Shown: positions 26,727 through 35,379 of the stretch, piece after piece
Position numbering within the stretch: position 1 is the stretch's first letter
Layout: the number at the start of each line of letters is the position of its first letter
DNA from: Elusimicrobiota bacterium
GTDB taxonomy: Bacteria; Elusimicrobiota; Elusimicrobia; UBA1565; UBA9628
Assembly (NCBI GenBank): GCA_027371715.1
Contig: DAHXMM010000028.1
Location: 1,253 to 65,252 of the forward strand
Reading direction: 5' to 3'
DNA: 64,000 nucleotides
Position numbers and translations under genes: made by a program
Notes under the pieces: model-generated
Told to the model about the DNA's origin: nothing
What the model saw: the letters and a program-made list of their open reading frames with translations, nothing else
Databases searched by the model: none

Positions 26727-27281
26727 ATGAATCGCTATCTCATCTCTTTTTGTCTCATCGCATTTCAAGCAACCCAAGCGTTGGCCGGGCCCGAAAATTT
26801 AGCCCTCAAGGCCGACCAATCTTTCTTAACTCTTCCCGCGGCTCTTACCTCAAGCTCACTTCGCTTCTCGTCCAAAACTCATGCTAAATCCAGCGCTTTC
26901 CTAGCCTCTCAAAACCCAACAGTGATTTCCGCCTCGGGGCTGGTTTCAGGAGAACTCAGCGGAATTTGCCCCATGACGCCGTTTCCCCCCATGGGCGGAA
27001 CCGTCAACACCTTTGGATACGTGCGCGTTTCCGGAAACATTTCCATCAACCAAGACGGGCTTCATGGTCAAATTCAAGTCTCTGGAGGAAGCTCGGTCAT
27101 GATGATTTGCGCCAACGGCATCGCCCTCAACGCTTCCGGGCTCATCCCCGTTTCCGGAGAAGGCCCGGTTTATGACGCTCAGGGAAAACTCTTAGGAAAT
27201 CTTTTTCTCCGCGGGAAAGCGTATGTTTCCGGAAATTATCAGCTCAGCGGCATCGCCCAATTTCAGGGCGTTTTAAATTAA
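26727..27281 (+). CDS. Small secreted repeat protein
   Basis: AAGGAG RBS, signal peptide MNRYLISFCLIAFQATQALA. Five or six x-V-S-G units spaced about 20-25 aa apart (LVSGELSG, VRVSGNISI, IQVSGGSSV, IPVSGEGPV, AYVSGNYQLSG), suggesting a beta-solenoid. Confidence 0.55.
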   Translation: MNRYLISFCLIAFQATQALAGPENLALKADQSFLTLPAALTSSSLRFSSKTHAKSSAFLASQNPTVISASGLVSGELSGICPMTPFPPMGGTVNTFGYVRVSGNISINQDGLHGQIQVSGGSSVMMICANGIALNASGLIPVSGEGPVYDAQGKLLGNLFLRGKAYVSGNYQLSGIAQFQGVLN

Positions 27282-27835
27282 TTTTCCCAGACGAAATTAT
27301 TGTCGGCCTGAGCTAAAGGTGGAAGAGCCAAATCCTTAGGCGAGAGTTTCGGGCTTTTGACCGGCCAAGAAATATTGACTTTCGGGTCGTTCCAGATAAT
27401 TCCGCGCTCATGTTCCGGCGACCAATAGCCGGTGGTCCGGTAAAGAACGGAAGCCTCCGCGCTTAAGGCGCAGAAACCGTGAGCAAAACCCTCGGGAACC
27501 CAAAGCATTCGGTTTGAATCATCGGAAAGCTCTAGCGCCGCCCATTGCCCATAAGCGGGAGACCCTTTGCGTATATCCACGGCCACATCCAAAATTTTTC
27601 CGTAAACGCAACGCACCAACTTCCCAATTCCGGCCGGGCGCTTTTGGTAATGGAGCCCTCTTAAAACCCCCTGGCTAGAGCGGGATAAATTATCCTGAAC
27701 AAAGCGCGCTCCGGAAACGGAGGCAAAATCTTCTTCCCGCCAGCTTTCCATGAAAGAACCGCGCTCATCCGGAAAAATTTTTCCCTCAACCAACAAGAGC
27801 CCGGGAATTTTATAGGTCGAAAGCTGAGAAGACAT
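27278..27835 (-). CDS. rfbC: dTDP-4-dehydrorhamnose 3,5-epimerase
   Basis: FPDERGSFMESW, RGLHYQ and VPEGFAHGFCAL motifs. Start set at MSSQLSTYKIPGLLLVEG (ATG 27835). Confidence 0.9.
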   Translation of the reverse strand: MSSQLSTYKIPGLLLVEGKIFPDERGSFMESWREEDFASVSGARFVQDNLSRSSQGVLRGLHYQKRPAGIGKLVRCVYGKILDVAVDIRKGSPAYGQWAALELSDDSNRMLWVPEGFAHGFCALSAEASVLYRTTGYWSPEHERGIIWNDPKVNISWPVKSPKLSPKDLALPPLAQADNNFVWEN

Positions 27836-27842
27836 TGAAAGC

Positions 27843-29201
27843 CTAGGCGGGAACGGATTGCTTTTTCCAGTAATCCTGCCCGGCCTTGGACAAGGTATAG
27901 ACCGGGTCATAATACTCATAACGCCGCTTTAACGCTTCCGAATCTTCCGCCTCAATGGAGGTTCGGTAATTTTTCGTCCAATAAGAAATTCCTTTCTCGC
28001 GATCGTAGGAATCTATCTGATGCACCCATCTCTTTCCCACAAAGGGCACATCGCAGACAATTCTAGGGGTGGCAAAGCCCGGAAGATAACCCATAATGTC
28101 GTGCTGGAGCTTTTGCGCCTCGTCAATGGAAACCCGCCAGTGTTCGGAATTGGGAATCATGTCGCAAACATAGAAATAATAGGGCATGATTTTTGCGTGG
28201 TCTAAAAGCGTAAAACAAAGTTCCAAGAGGTCCTTAGAAGTTGCGTTGACGCCGCGCAAAATGACGCCTTGATTGCGCACATCCCGAAAGCCCAATTCCA
28301 AGATTTTCCTGGCGGCCTTAGCGACTAAGGGGGTTACTTGGGCGGCGTTGTTGACGTGCGTGTGCAAAGCCAAATCTACTTCCCTCTCCCAGGCCTTCTT
28401 AGCCAAACGCTCAAAAGCCCGCAAAACCTCGTCTTGCAAAAAATGCTGAGGAAGCCCTTGAAGCCCTTTGGAAGCGAGGCGAATATCGCGGATATTGGAA
28501 ATATCCATTAGAGATGAGACAAACGCCTCTAGTTGCGCGATGGGAACGTTGGCGATATCCCCCCCGGAGACGACCACGTCTCTTACCGCCGGTGTTTTTC
28601 TCAAATATTCGAGAATTAAATCAAATCTTTTCTGCGGAGGAAGCTCAAATTTTCTTTTTTGAATTTGGGGCACGGAATTTCCGACTAAATCCATCCGCGT
28701 GCAATGCCCGCAGTATTGGGGACAGGTGGAAATGAGTTCCGCCAAAACCTTGGTCGGATAGCGATGCGTCAGTCCTTCAACCGCCCACATCTCGCTCTCA
28801 TGCAAACTGTCTCTTTGGGCCTTGGGGTGGTTCGGCCACTCAGGATGACGATCGGAAAAAAACGGAAGCATATAATGCCGAACGGGGTCATGGCGCAAAT
28901 CTTTTTCGTTCATGGTGTTGAGCATCTGCGGCGGAATCAGCATGGACATCGTCGCAAATTCTTTTTGATCGCGCTCAATTTCAGCGATTAAATCATCCGT
29001 AAGATAAGGGCCGAAGGCGTGTTTGAGTTCTTTGATATTTTTAACGGCGTGCTGGCGTTGCCACAAAGCGCTCTCCCAATCCGCGCGGGAGACGTCTTTA
29101 AAACCGGGCAAGCGTTTCCAATCCGGCTCGACAAACGGACGCGCAAGCGGATAGGTAAAGGGCTGCAAATTTTTCTGATCTCGGGTTCCCATCTCTTGCA
29201 T
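27843..29201 (-). CDS. kamA: KamA-family radical SAM aminomutase (lysine 2,3-aminomutase-like)
   Basis: CPQYCGHCTRM (CxxxCxxC cluster motif in the KamA context). 452 aa with KamA-like N- and C-terminal regions. Confidence 0.8.
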   Translation of the reverse strand: MQEMGTRDQKNLQPFTYPLARPFVEPDWKRLPGFKDVSRADWESALWQRQHAVKNIKELKHAFGPYLTDDLIAEIERDQKEFATMSMLIPPQMLNTMNEKDLRHDPVRHYMLPFFSDRHPEWPNHPKAQRDSLHESEMWAVEGLTHRYPTKVLAELISTCPQYCGHCTRMDLVGNSVPQIQKRKFELPPQKRFDLILEYLRKTPAVRDVVVSGGDIANVPIAQLEAFVSSLMDISNIRDIRLASKGLQGLPQHFLQDEVLRAFERLAKKAWEREVDLALHTHVNNAAQVTPLVAKAARKILELGFRDVRNQGVILRGVNATSKDLLELCFTLLDHAKIMPYYFYVCDMIPNSEHWRVSIDEAQKLQHDIMGYLPGFATPRIVCDVPFVGKRWVHQIDSYDREKGISYWTKNYRTSIEAEDSEALKRRYEYYDPVYTLSKAGQDYWKKQSVPA

Positions 29202-29207
29202 TATAAC

Positions 29208-29765
29208 TCAGTATCCCATGGGATTGAAAGAGCGCAAGAAGTCAATAAAGGTGTCGCGGTAGTCCAAATAAACCGAGCGCGTGCTCGACAAGGTGATAAT
29301 CCAGTAACTTTTCCCGCGCGGCAAAATAGCCACATAGGAATGAAGATGTTTTTTAATAGACGGAAGGCGTTCGCTGGGAAGCCAACGGTTCTCGTTAATC
29401 TCAAACATCCGCGCAAAAGTATCGGCTCCTCTGACCACCCGCAAAAGAGTCGCAGAGCGTTGGGTGAGAGAATCCGAGGCCCGCATTCCTTCGACGGCTT
29501 TTGTGAGAGGCACAAAGCCGGGCTTACTCGAATCAAACCAGTGAATGTCAATTCCGGTCCGGTAAACCCCGGTCGGATCATCGGGGCCAAGAATATGAAC
29601 CACATATCCCATTTGATCTTTTTCGCTAAAAGCCACCCAACCTTTTGGAAGGGTGCAGGAAAAATCTCGCCAGGGAGAGACGTAATCCGTAGAATCTCCG
29701 GAATCCGCAAAAGAAGATACGGCAACAAATAACGCCGCTATCATCAGTTTGAATTTACGGGACAT
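29208..29765 (-). CDS. Hypothetical secreted protein (185 aa)
   Basis: Signal peptide MSRKFKLMIAALFVAVSSFA and globular composition. Chosen over two fully overlapping alternative-frame ORFs. Confidence 0.55.
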   Translation of the reverse strand: MSRKFKLMIAALFVAVSSFADSGDSTDYVSPWRDFSCTLPKGWVAFSEKDQMGYVVHILGPDDPTGVYRTGIDIHWFDSSKPGFVPLTKAVEGMRASDSLTQRSATLLRVVRGADTFARMFEINENRWLPSERLPSIKKHLHSYVAILPRGKSYWIITLSSTRSVYLDYRDTFIDFLRSFNPMGY

Positions 29766-32070
29766 AAGGCACTCCTATTTTCGCGCGGAAATTTTTCTCG
29801 GCCGTAGCCGCCTCATCCATCAAGTCATTGAGAATATTAGAGCCCATGAATTCTTTCTGCCAATAAGCCAGGCAATCCTCCAAAGACGGAGCTTTCTGAT
29901 GGGATTCAATTCCAGATGCCTGAAAATCAAGATTGCTCAAAGCTTTCTCGAAATCAGATTCGCTTGCAAAATGAGCCTTCGCCAAGGACATCGCCCCTTT
30001 TTTCATCGAATCCAGGCGCTGGGATTTTTCAAGAACTTCTTCTTTAGCCAGGGATTTTGGGCACGACACGTAAGATTTTCGGATAAAATAATCGCGACGA
30101 GAAGTTTCGATATGACGCAAATCCCACAAGGCATTTTGTCCCGAGGCCAAGGAGTGAATAAGAAAATCATGGAAACGCGCAGGATGCTTCAACCAATCCT
30201 CAAAAAGGGCCCGCATCTGGGGATCCAGAAAGTCTTCCGTCTTAGCTCCGTCTTTGATTTGAGCGTAAAGAAGCATCTGCGCCGAATAAGCGTAAGACTC
30301 TTCCTGATACGGAAACGCGGACCATCCCTCGATTTGGGCTTCCACCTCCAAAAGCCCGTGAAGGAGAAACCCCGCCATCTCAAAAGAAGAATAGTTTCCG
30401 CGCTCGCTTCCATCGGAATAAATTTGGGTTTTAGTTCCCCAAGAGCCGGACTCAACCTTGTCTGGGCGAGCTGAAAGATCTAAAGCCTCCACCGACGGCG
30501 CGGGAAGCCCCATCGTCTGGTAGGCGGAAGAAGATACCGGAAGCATCGCCTTCCAATCTTCAAAAATAAATTCTCTTTTTGACGCCAAGACCGGACCGGA
30601 ATTAAGCGCCACCGTCGCCTCAAAACGCCCTTCGGCCTTTTGGCTGACGAACGCCTTTTGATGGGCTTCCATTTCCATCTGATCGGAATCAATGACAATC
30701 GCCGGCGTTAGATTCATAACGATATTAAGCGCCCTTGAACGAAACGGTTCTTGGCCGTAGGTATCAATAATTCTGAGCAAGCCTTTCGGGTCTCCGGAAT
30801 AGGGAGCGTTGAGAAGAAATTTCTCAAAATCCGCGCTGGAGACGACGCTCAAGGGAGGCAAGGAATAACTTTTTAAAGGCGGAAAGGTTTTCGGCCCTTT
30901 GGGTTTCTTAGCTATTCCGTAAGCATGATCTCCAATCACGCTCGAAGCCGACAAAGCCTGGCGAATGGAATCAACCGTCATTCCAGAAACGACATTGGAA
31001 GATTTTAAGACCGGCGGCGCGCCCTTCTTTGTTGAAGCCGAAGCCGCAATCGCGGGAGCGGTCAAGGCCGAAGGCCGAGCGCCCTCATCACTCTTTGGGG
31101 AAGGCGCCGGCGATGAGAGCACGCGAGAAACCGCCGCCACGGAGGCGGGAACCACCGCAGCTGACGGCGCGGGCGAAGGCATAACTGCAGGAGCCGCAGC
31201 AACTGCCGGAGCCACTGGCGCCTGCGGTAAAGACGGAGCGGGAGACGGCGCCGCCTTCACAACCGCCGGAAGGGCTGCTTTGGGAGAAGCTGAAACCGCC
31301 ACGGGGGCAGGCGGCAGGACAGGAGTCTGACTCTGAGAAGGAACAGGAGTCGGAATCAATGCCTGGAATTGCGGCAAAAACGAAGCGGGAGACGGCGCTA
31401 AGGGCGCATTTTGGACAACGCTGGAAGCCGCCATAAGCGAAGCCGGATTTTGGGGCGCGGCCAAGGCCGAAGGCCGAGCGTCCGCGCCGCTCTTTGGAAC
31501 AGACGCTAGCGGCGGGGAAGCGGCTTCTATTTGAGACATAAACCCGGACGGAAGCGGGGGCGGCGGCGGAGCCCCCAAAGGCGATTGGGATAAAAGATCG
31601 GGATCGGCATCCTCATCCGGCGGAGTTAAATTGAGGGAATACAACTCCTCTTTAGAAAAATAGCGGGAGAAATGTTTACGGTTGTCCATCGTAAAAAAAG
31701 GCCAGGCTCCTTTCAATATCTGACGGGCTTTTTTGAGTTCATCCGGAGTCAAGTGTCCGCTCCCATTTTCAGAGAGAATCAAATCAATTTTTAGAAGAGC
31801 CTTTAAACGCTCGGTGCTTTTAAGCCGCCGAATTAAAACTCGTATTTGAGATTTTCGTATTTCCTCCCCGCGCCCCGGAGACCAAATCGAACCATCGGAA
31901 TGAACGAAATAATGGTTATCCATCAAGAGATGCAAAACCGTCTTCGGCAGGGGATTATTTTTTACGTTATAAAAAGGATCGGCGGAATTATTCAGCCGCG
32001 TATCCAAAGGCAAGGCCGCGAATGCGGCCTGATTCCAAAGAAAAATGAATGCCAGAAATAACTGCCTCAT
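29755..32070 (-). CDS. Hypothetical secreted protein with a Pro/Ala-rich linker (771 aa)
   Basis: Signal peptide MRQLFLAFIFLWNQAAFA, N-terminal domain, about 200-aa P/A/S-rich linker, C-terminal domain of about 400 aa. Contains two copies of the ARPSAL motif. Confidence 0.6.
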   Translation of the reverse strand: MRQLFLAFIFLWNQAAFAALPLDTRLNNSADPFYNVKNNPLPKTVLHLLMDNHYFVHSDGSIWSPGRGEEIRKSQIRVLIRRLKSTERLKALLKIDLILSENGSGHLTPDELKKARQILKGAWPFFTMDNRKHFSRYFSKEELYSLNLTPPDEDADPDLLSQSPLGAPPPPPLPSGFMSQIEAASPPLASVPKSGADARPSALAAPQNPASLMAASSVVQNAPLAPSPASFLPQFQALIPTPVPSQSQTPVLPPAPVAVSASPKAALPAVVKAAPSPAPSLPQAPVAPAVAAAPAVMPSPAPSAAVVPASVAAVSRVLSSPAPSPKSDEGARPSALTAPAIAASASTKKGAPPVLKSSNVVSGMTVDSIRQALSASSVIGDHAYGIAKKPKGPKTFPPLKSYSLPPLSVVSSADFEKFLLNAPYSGDPKGLLRIIDTYGQEPFRSRALNIVMNLTPAIVIDSDQMEMEAHQKAFVSQKAEGRFEATVALNSGPVLASKREFIFEDWKAMLPVSSSAYQTMGLPAPSVEALDLSARPDKVESGSWGTKTQIYSDGSERGNYSSFEMAGFLLHGLLEVEAQIEGWSAFPYQEESYAYSAQMLLYAQIKDGAKTEDFLDPQMRALFEDWLKHPARFHDFLIHSLASGQNALWDLRHIETSRRDYFIRKSYVSCPKSLAKEEVLEKSQRLDSMKKGAMSLAKAHFASESDFEKALSNLDFQASGIESHQKAPSLEDCLAYWQKEFMGSNILNDLMDEAATAEKNFRAKIGVPYVP

Positions 32071-32137
32071 CGCCCTCTTATTTTAACCCCTCAAGATTAC
32101 CCAAATATTTCAAATTTTGGGGCGGGCCGCGCGGGCG

Positions 32138-34303
32138 CTAGCGGCGCAAAAAGAGGGTTCTCGCTAAAATGGAATTGGCGTATTTGGGAAAATAGATTTG
32201 AGCCAGGATCATGGCCGACATCACAATCGAGGTGAGATTGGGTAAAATCCAATAAAAATTTCCCTGGGCTAAGGCAACCACAAGACTTAAAGCGCTTCCC
32301 GCGACAACCAACATCGAAAGAAGCGGACTCAAACCCTCGGGAGCTTTTTGAGTTTTACGGTAGAGTTTAAAATTGGCCGCGATTTGAGGAATATTTAAAA
32401 TCGTTAAAAGAGTCATCGAAGTCCAAAAAAGAAATCCCGGGAAAGCGATTCCGGCAAAAATCGCAACGCTGGTCGCGCCGGCCACCGACAAAGCGCTTAA
32501 AAGACCCTGGACGCCTCTCGGAGAATAAAGAAGGATTTGAGAAACTAAAACCGAACTTTCCAAGAGCCCCGCGAGATTGGAAGAAATCCAAAAAGGACTT
32601 GAGTGTTTAATCAAGGATAACGCCAAAAAAAGGGCCGAAGCCGCCGCCCAAATTAAACCGCCTTGAAAGGAAAGATCCTTGGTCGCCGCGGCCTTCAATT
32701 TAAAATTTTTTACGATTTGAGGGATTCCGATTGAACTTAAAAGAACCGTTCCCGCCGTTCCCAAAACCGTCATTGGGTGATGGAGAAAGTGCGCCCACGC
32801 GGGCTGAGACAATACCATTCCCCCAAGGCCGCCGGCGGCAAAAGACGCGCCCGCCAGATTCCTGGCTTTTCGGCCCCAATTTCCCTCTCGTTTCGGCGCG
32901 GACATTTTCAGCAATTCTTGCATCACCAAGTTGGTTCCGGAAGTGCGCCCGCCCAGCCACAAAACGCTTGGGGGCAAGGTTCCGCGCAAGTCTTTACCCA
33001 CGGTAATGGCTAGAGATTTTGGGAAAGCCAAGGCCATTTTGGCGTCACCGCCCATGGTCCCATTGGGAAACAAGTGAAATTCATCCCCCAAAAAAAGAAG
33101 ATTATTTTCTAAAACGGGGAAACCTTTTTGCCGCATCGCCGAATAGATCAGGGCCGCCCCCATTCCCTTGTCGAATTTATTAAAGTAAACGAAATCTCCG
33201 CCGTGAATGACGGGAAAAAGAAGACCGCGTTCCTTGAGTTTTTTGTCTAAAAGCTCAGCAAAAGCGGTCGAGCGAGGGTCGCCATGGGCGTTAAAGCGCA
33301 CCAACATCTGAGAGGGAAGGTCTCGGCTGATATTGACTTCATCATTTGAAATCTTGAGTTCAGACAAAGCTTCATCAATAATGGAGGATATCTTCGCCTT
33401 TTCTTCCGCGCTCCAGTCCCGATCCAGATAACGGACGGGTTTCCCGTTTTTAAACGCGACAAACTCGCTCCCGGCGCCTCCGACAAAGAAAAGGTGGTCC
33501 CTCAAGGATTCTGGAATTTGACTGAGCAAAGGCTCGATGGTGTTGGCAAAATTAGCGCTTACAGGTTGCCGGTCAAAAGTGCGGCTGGTGATAATGGCGA
33601 CCGGCCAACCTTTTTTAAGAAGAGTCTTAATTCCTTCAACCAAATTTTTCTCGGGCGGCAAACTAATGCCTTGTTCGTTAACTTCGGTTAAAGTTTTGTC
33701 GTAATCAAAAAAAACAGCGGAAGGCGGGCGAGCGCGAAGCTCGCTTAAAACCTGCTCAGGGTCTAAAGGCGCGGTCAAAGCCGAAGGCCGAGCGTCCTCG
33801 TCACGCTTTAGGAAAGAGGTCAGTGATGAGGAGGCAGGAATCGCCAAGGGGACACTCCCCTTGTTTCGGCGACCGGAAACGATGTCCCAAATTCGGCGGC
33901 CAGCGGAAAAAACGGAATTATCAGAAGAGTTTTCTCCCAGATTCTTGGTCTCAAGAGAGACGCTTCTTTGCGCGCGAGAAAGGACTTTCGTCAACGGGGA
34001 TTGGCCAACGGCAAACGCGGGCTTTTTCCCAGACATTTGAACATGCGGCTGAAGACTTTTTTCGGCAGAAAAAACTAGAGAGTCTGTTTTCTTGGTCGAG
34101 GAAATATCATCCAAACCATCGGCGGAAACAGGAATCTCTGGAGCGGACAAATTTTGATTGGACAGAGAAGGGGTCAGGGAAACATTGACCTCTAAGACCG
34201 GGTCAACCACGGTTGGTTCAGCGGGGCGCTCAATTCCAAATGAGGCAGAAACAGAAATAAAGGATACAAGAACCGAGAGAATAGAGAGGGGTCTTATTTT
34301 CAT
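32138..34303 (-). CDS. Fusion protein: N-terminal low-complexity region + HAD-IIB-like phosphatase + PQ-loop (SWEET-like) membrane domain
   Basis: HAD motif I VFFDYDKTLT, motif II VAIITSRT, motif IV-like LGDEF...GGDAKM. The C-terminal polytopic region has two PQ-loop motifs: GIPQIVKNFKLKAAATKDLS and NIPQIAANFKLYRKTQKAPEGLS. Confidence 0.7.
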   Translation of the reverse strand: MKIRPLSILSVLVSFISVSASFGIERPAEPTVVDPVLEVNVSLTPSLSNQNLSAPEIPVSADGLDDISSTKKTDSLVFSAEKSLQPHVQMSGKKPAFAVGQSPLTKVLSRAQRSVSLETKNLGENSSDNSVFSAGRRIWDIVSGRRNKGSVPLAIPASSSLTSFLKRDEDARPSALTAPLDPEQVLSELRARPPSAVFFDYDKTLTEVNEQGISLPPEKNLVEGIKTLLKKGWPVAIITSRTFDRQPVSANFANTIEPLLSQIPESLRDHLFFVGGAGSEFVAFKNGKPVRYLDRDWSAEEKAKISSIIDEALSELKISNDEVNISRDLPSQMLVRFNAHGDPRSTAFAELLDKKLKERGLLFPVIHGGDFVYFNKFDKGMGAALIYSAMRQKGFPVLENNLLFLGDEFHLFPNGTMGGDAKMALAFPKSLAITVGKDLRGTLPPSVLWLGGRTSGTNLVMQELLKMSAPKREGNWGRKARNLAGASFAAGGLGGMVLSQPAWAHFLHHPMTVLGTAGTVLLSSIGIPQIVKNFKLKAAATKDLSFQGGLIWAAASALFLALSLIKHSSPFWISSNLAGLLESSVLVSQILLYSPRGVQGLLSALSVAGATSVAIFAGIAFPGFLFWTSMTLLTILNIPQIAANFKLYRKTQKAPEGLSPLLSMLVVAGSALSLVVALAQGNFYWILPNLTSIVMSAMILAQIYFPKYANSILARTLFLRR

Positions 34304-34435
34304 AAATCTATTTTATCAGCCTCTCACAAATTTTTCTTGGGTCCAAGGACCCAGAAGCATTCCGGCAAAAGACCTAGAGCCTTTCTAGGACTAAAGACCC
34401 TTATATTAGGAGTCTGATAAAGCGATAATCATTTT

Positions 34436-35365
34436 ATGTCCGCGTCAAAGTCTTGGATTCTTTTTTCTCTTTCCCTCGCGCCGTTTGCTTTCTGTTTAAA
34501 AGCCTCCGCCGCCGAAATTGATATTTCACACCCATCCCCCGCGCCTCTTCTAGCGCCCATAATTTTAGGACCAGGCAATCTAAATCTCGGATTAAATCAC
34601 TCTCCCCGCACACAAAATTGGGCGGGACTCAATCCAAAGATGCTATCACCCGAGCAAAAAATACGGCTTAAAAAGGTTCTTTCTCTCGCTCAAACCATTC
34701 CCACCGGACGGAAGACTCTGCGGAAAATGGACGAGCTCGCCCGCCAAAAAGGAAACTACCCCGTCACCCTCTCTTCCTTGGGTAAAAACCTAGGGCAATA
34801 TGATTACGCCACGGGTACGCTTCAACTTAATCACCAGTTTCTCCATGAAGACTTAAGACTCTCGGTTTCAATTCTCATTCATGAAATGACCCACATTCTT
34901 CAGCATTCACAAGAAATTCCGGCGGAGAGTCTGGAAATGGAGCTTGAAGCCTACGCCCTCCACATGAAAGCCCTTAAAGAACTTAAGATGCCGGTGGAAA
35001 AATGGGACCCTTTCTCGCGGGAGGCCTTCAAACTTCTCAAACGAAACCCCCGGGAGTATGCGGACTGGATGGCCGAACAACATCCGGGAAAATTTTTTCT
35101 TGCAAAAAACAACGCCGGTGAGATTGTGGATTTTCAGGAAGAGGAACTCGACAGAAAAGACCAACAAATCGAACATCTCCGCAATCAAATTAAGGCCTCC
35201 CCTAAAAATTCAGCGCTCAAGAAAAAAATGAGACGCGCTCAAATTATTTCTCATTGGATTGAGCGAGATATCGCGCTTTTAAGGTCGCCCAAAGCATTAG
35301 CCCGCTACCGCCATTTTTCAAAACGCGTCCATTTACTCCTTAAACGCATTAGTCATGCGCTATAA
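34436..35365 (+). CDS. Hypothetical secreted zincin-like protein (HExxH)
   Basis: Signal peptide, then ILIHEMTHILQH followed by acidic residues (ESLEMELEAY). Family not resolved. Confidence 0.5.
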   Translation: MSASKSWILFSLSLAPFAFCLKASAAEIDISHPSPAPLLAPIILGPGNLNLGLNHSPRTQNWAGLNPKMLSPEQKIRLKKVLSLAQTIPTGRKTLRKMDELARQKGNYPVTLSSLGKNLGQYDYATGTLQLNHQFLHEDLRLSVSILIHEMTHILQHSQEIPAESLEMELEAYALHMKALKELKMPVEKWDPFSREAFKLLKRNPREYADWMAEQHPGKFFLAKNNAGEIVDFQEEELDRKDQQIEHLRNQIKASPKNSALKKKMRRAQIISHWIERDIALLRSPKALARYRHFSKRVHLLLKRISHAL

Positions 35366-35379
35366 TTTTTAAAGACCTT

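Noticed and set aside
29019-29765. Three long ORFs cover the same 530 nt or so: 29208-29765 -, 29201-29728 - and 29019-29732 +. This looked like possible overprinted genes.
   Set aside because: Only 29208-29765 has a signal peptide, balanced composition and correct spacing to its neighbours. The other two have biased R/L/P-rich translations, and the plus-strand one starts inside kamA. With no comparative data to support dual coding, I treat it as chance absence of stops.
31090-31340. Repetitive GC-rich DNA (gccgc/ggagc periodicity), and the similar region at 22440-23460, examined as a possible tandem-repeat, CRISPR-like or VNTR array.
   Set aside because: There is no fixed-length repeat/spacer structure. 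The periodicity is codon-level low complexity encoding Pro/Ala/Ser (or Ala/Gly/Pro) linkers within continuous ORFs.
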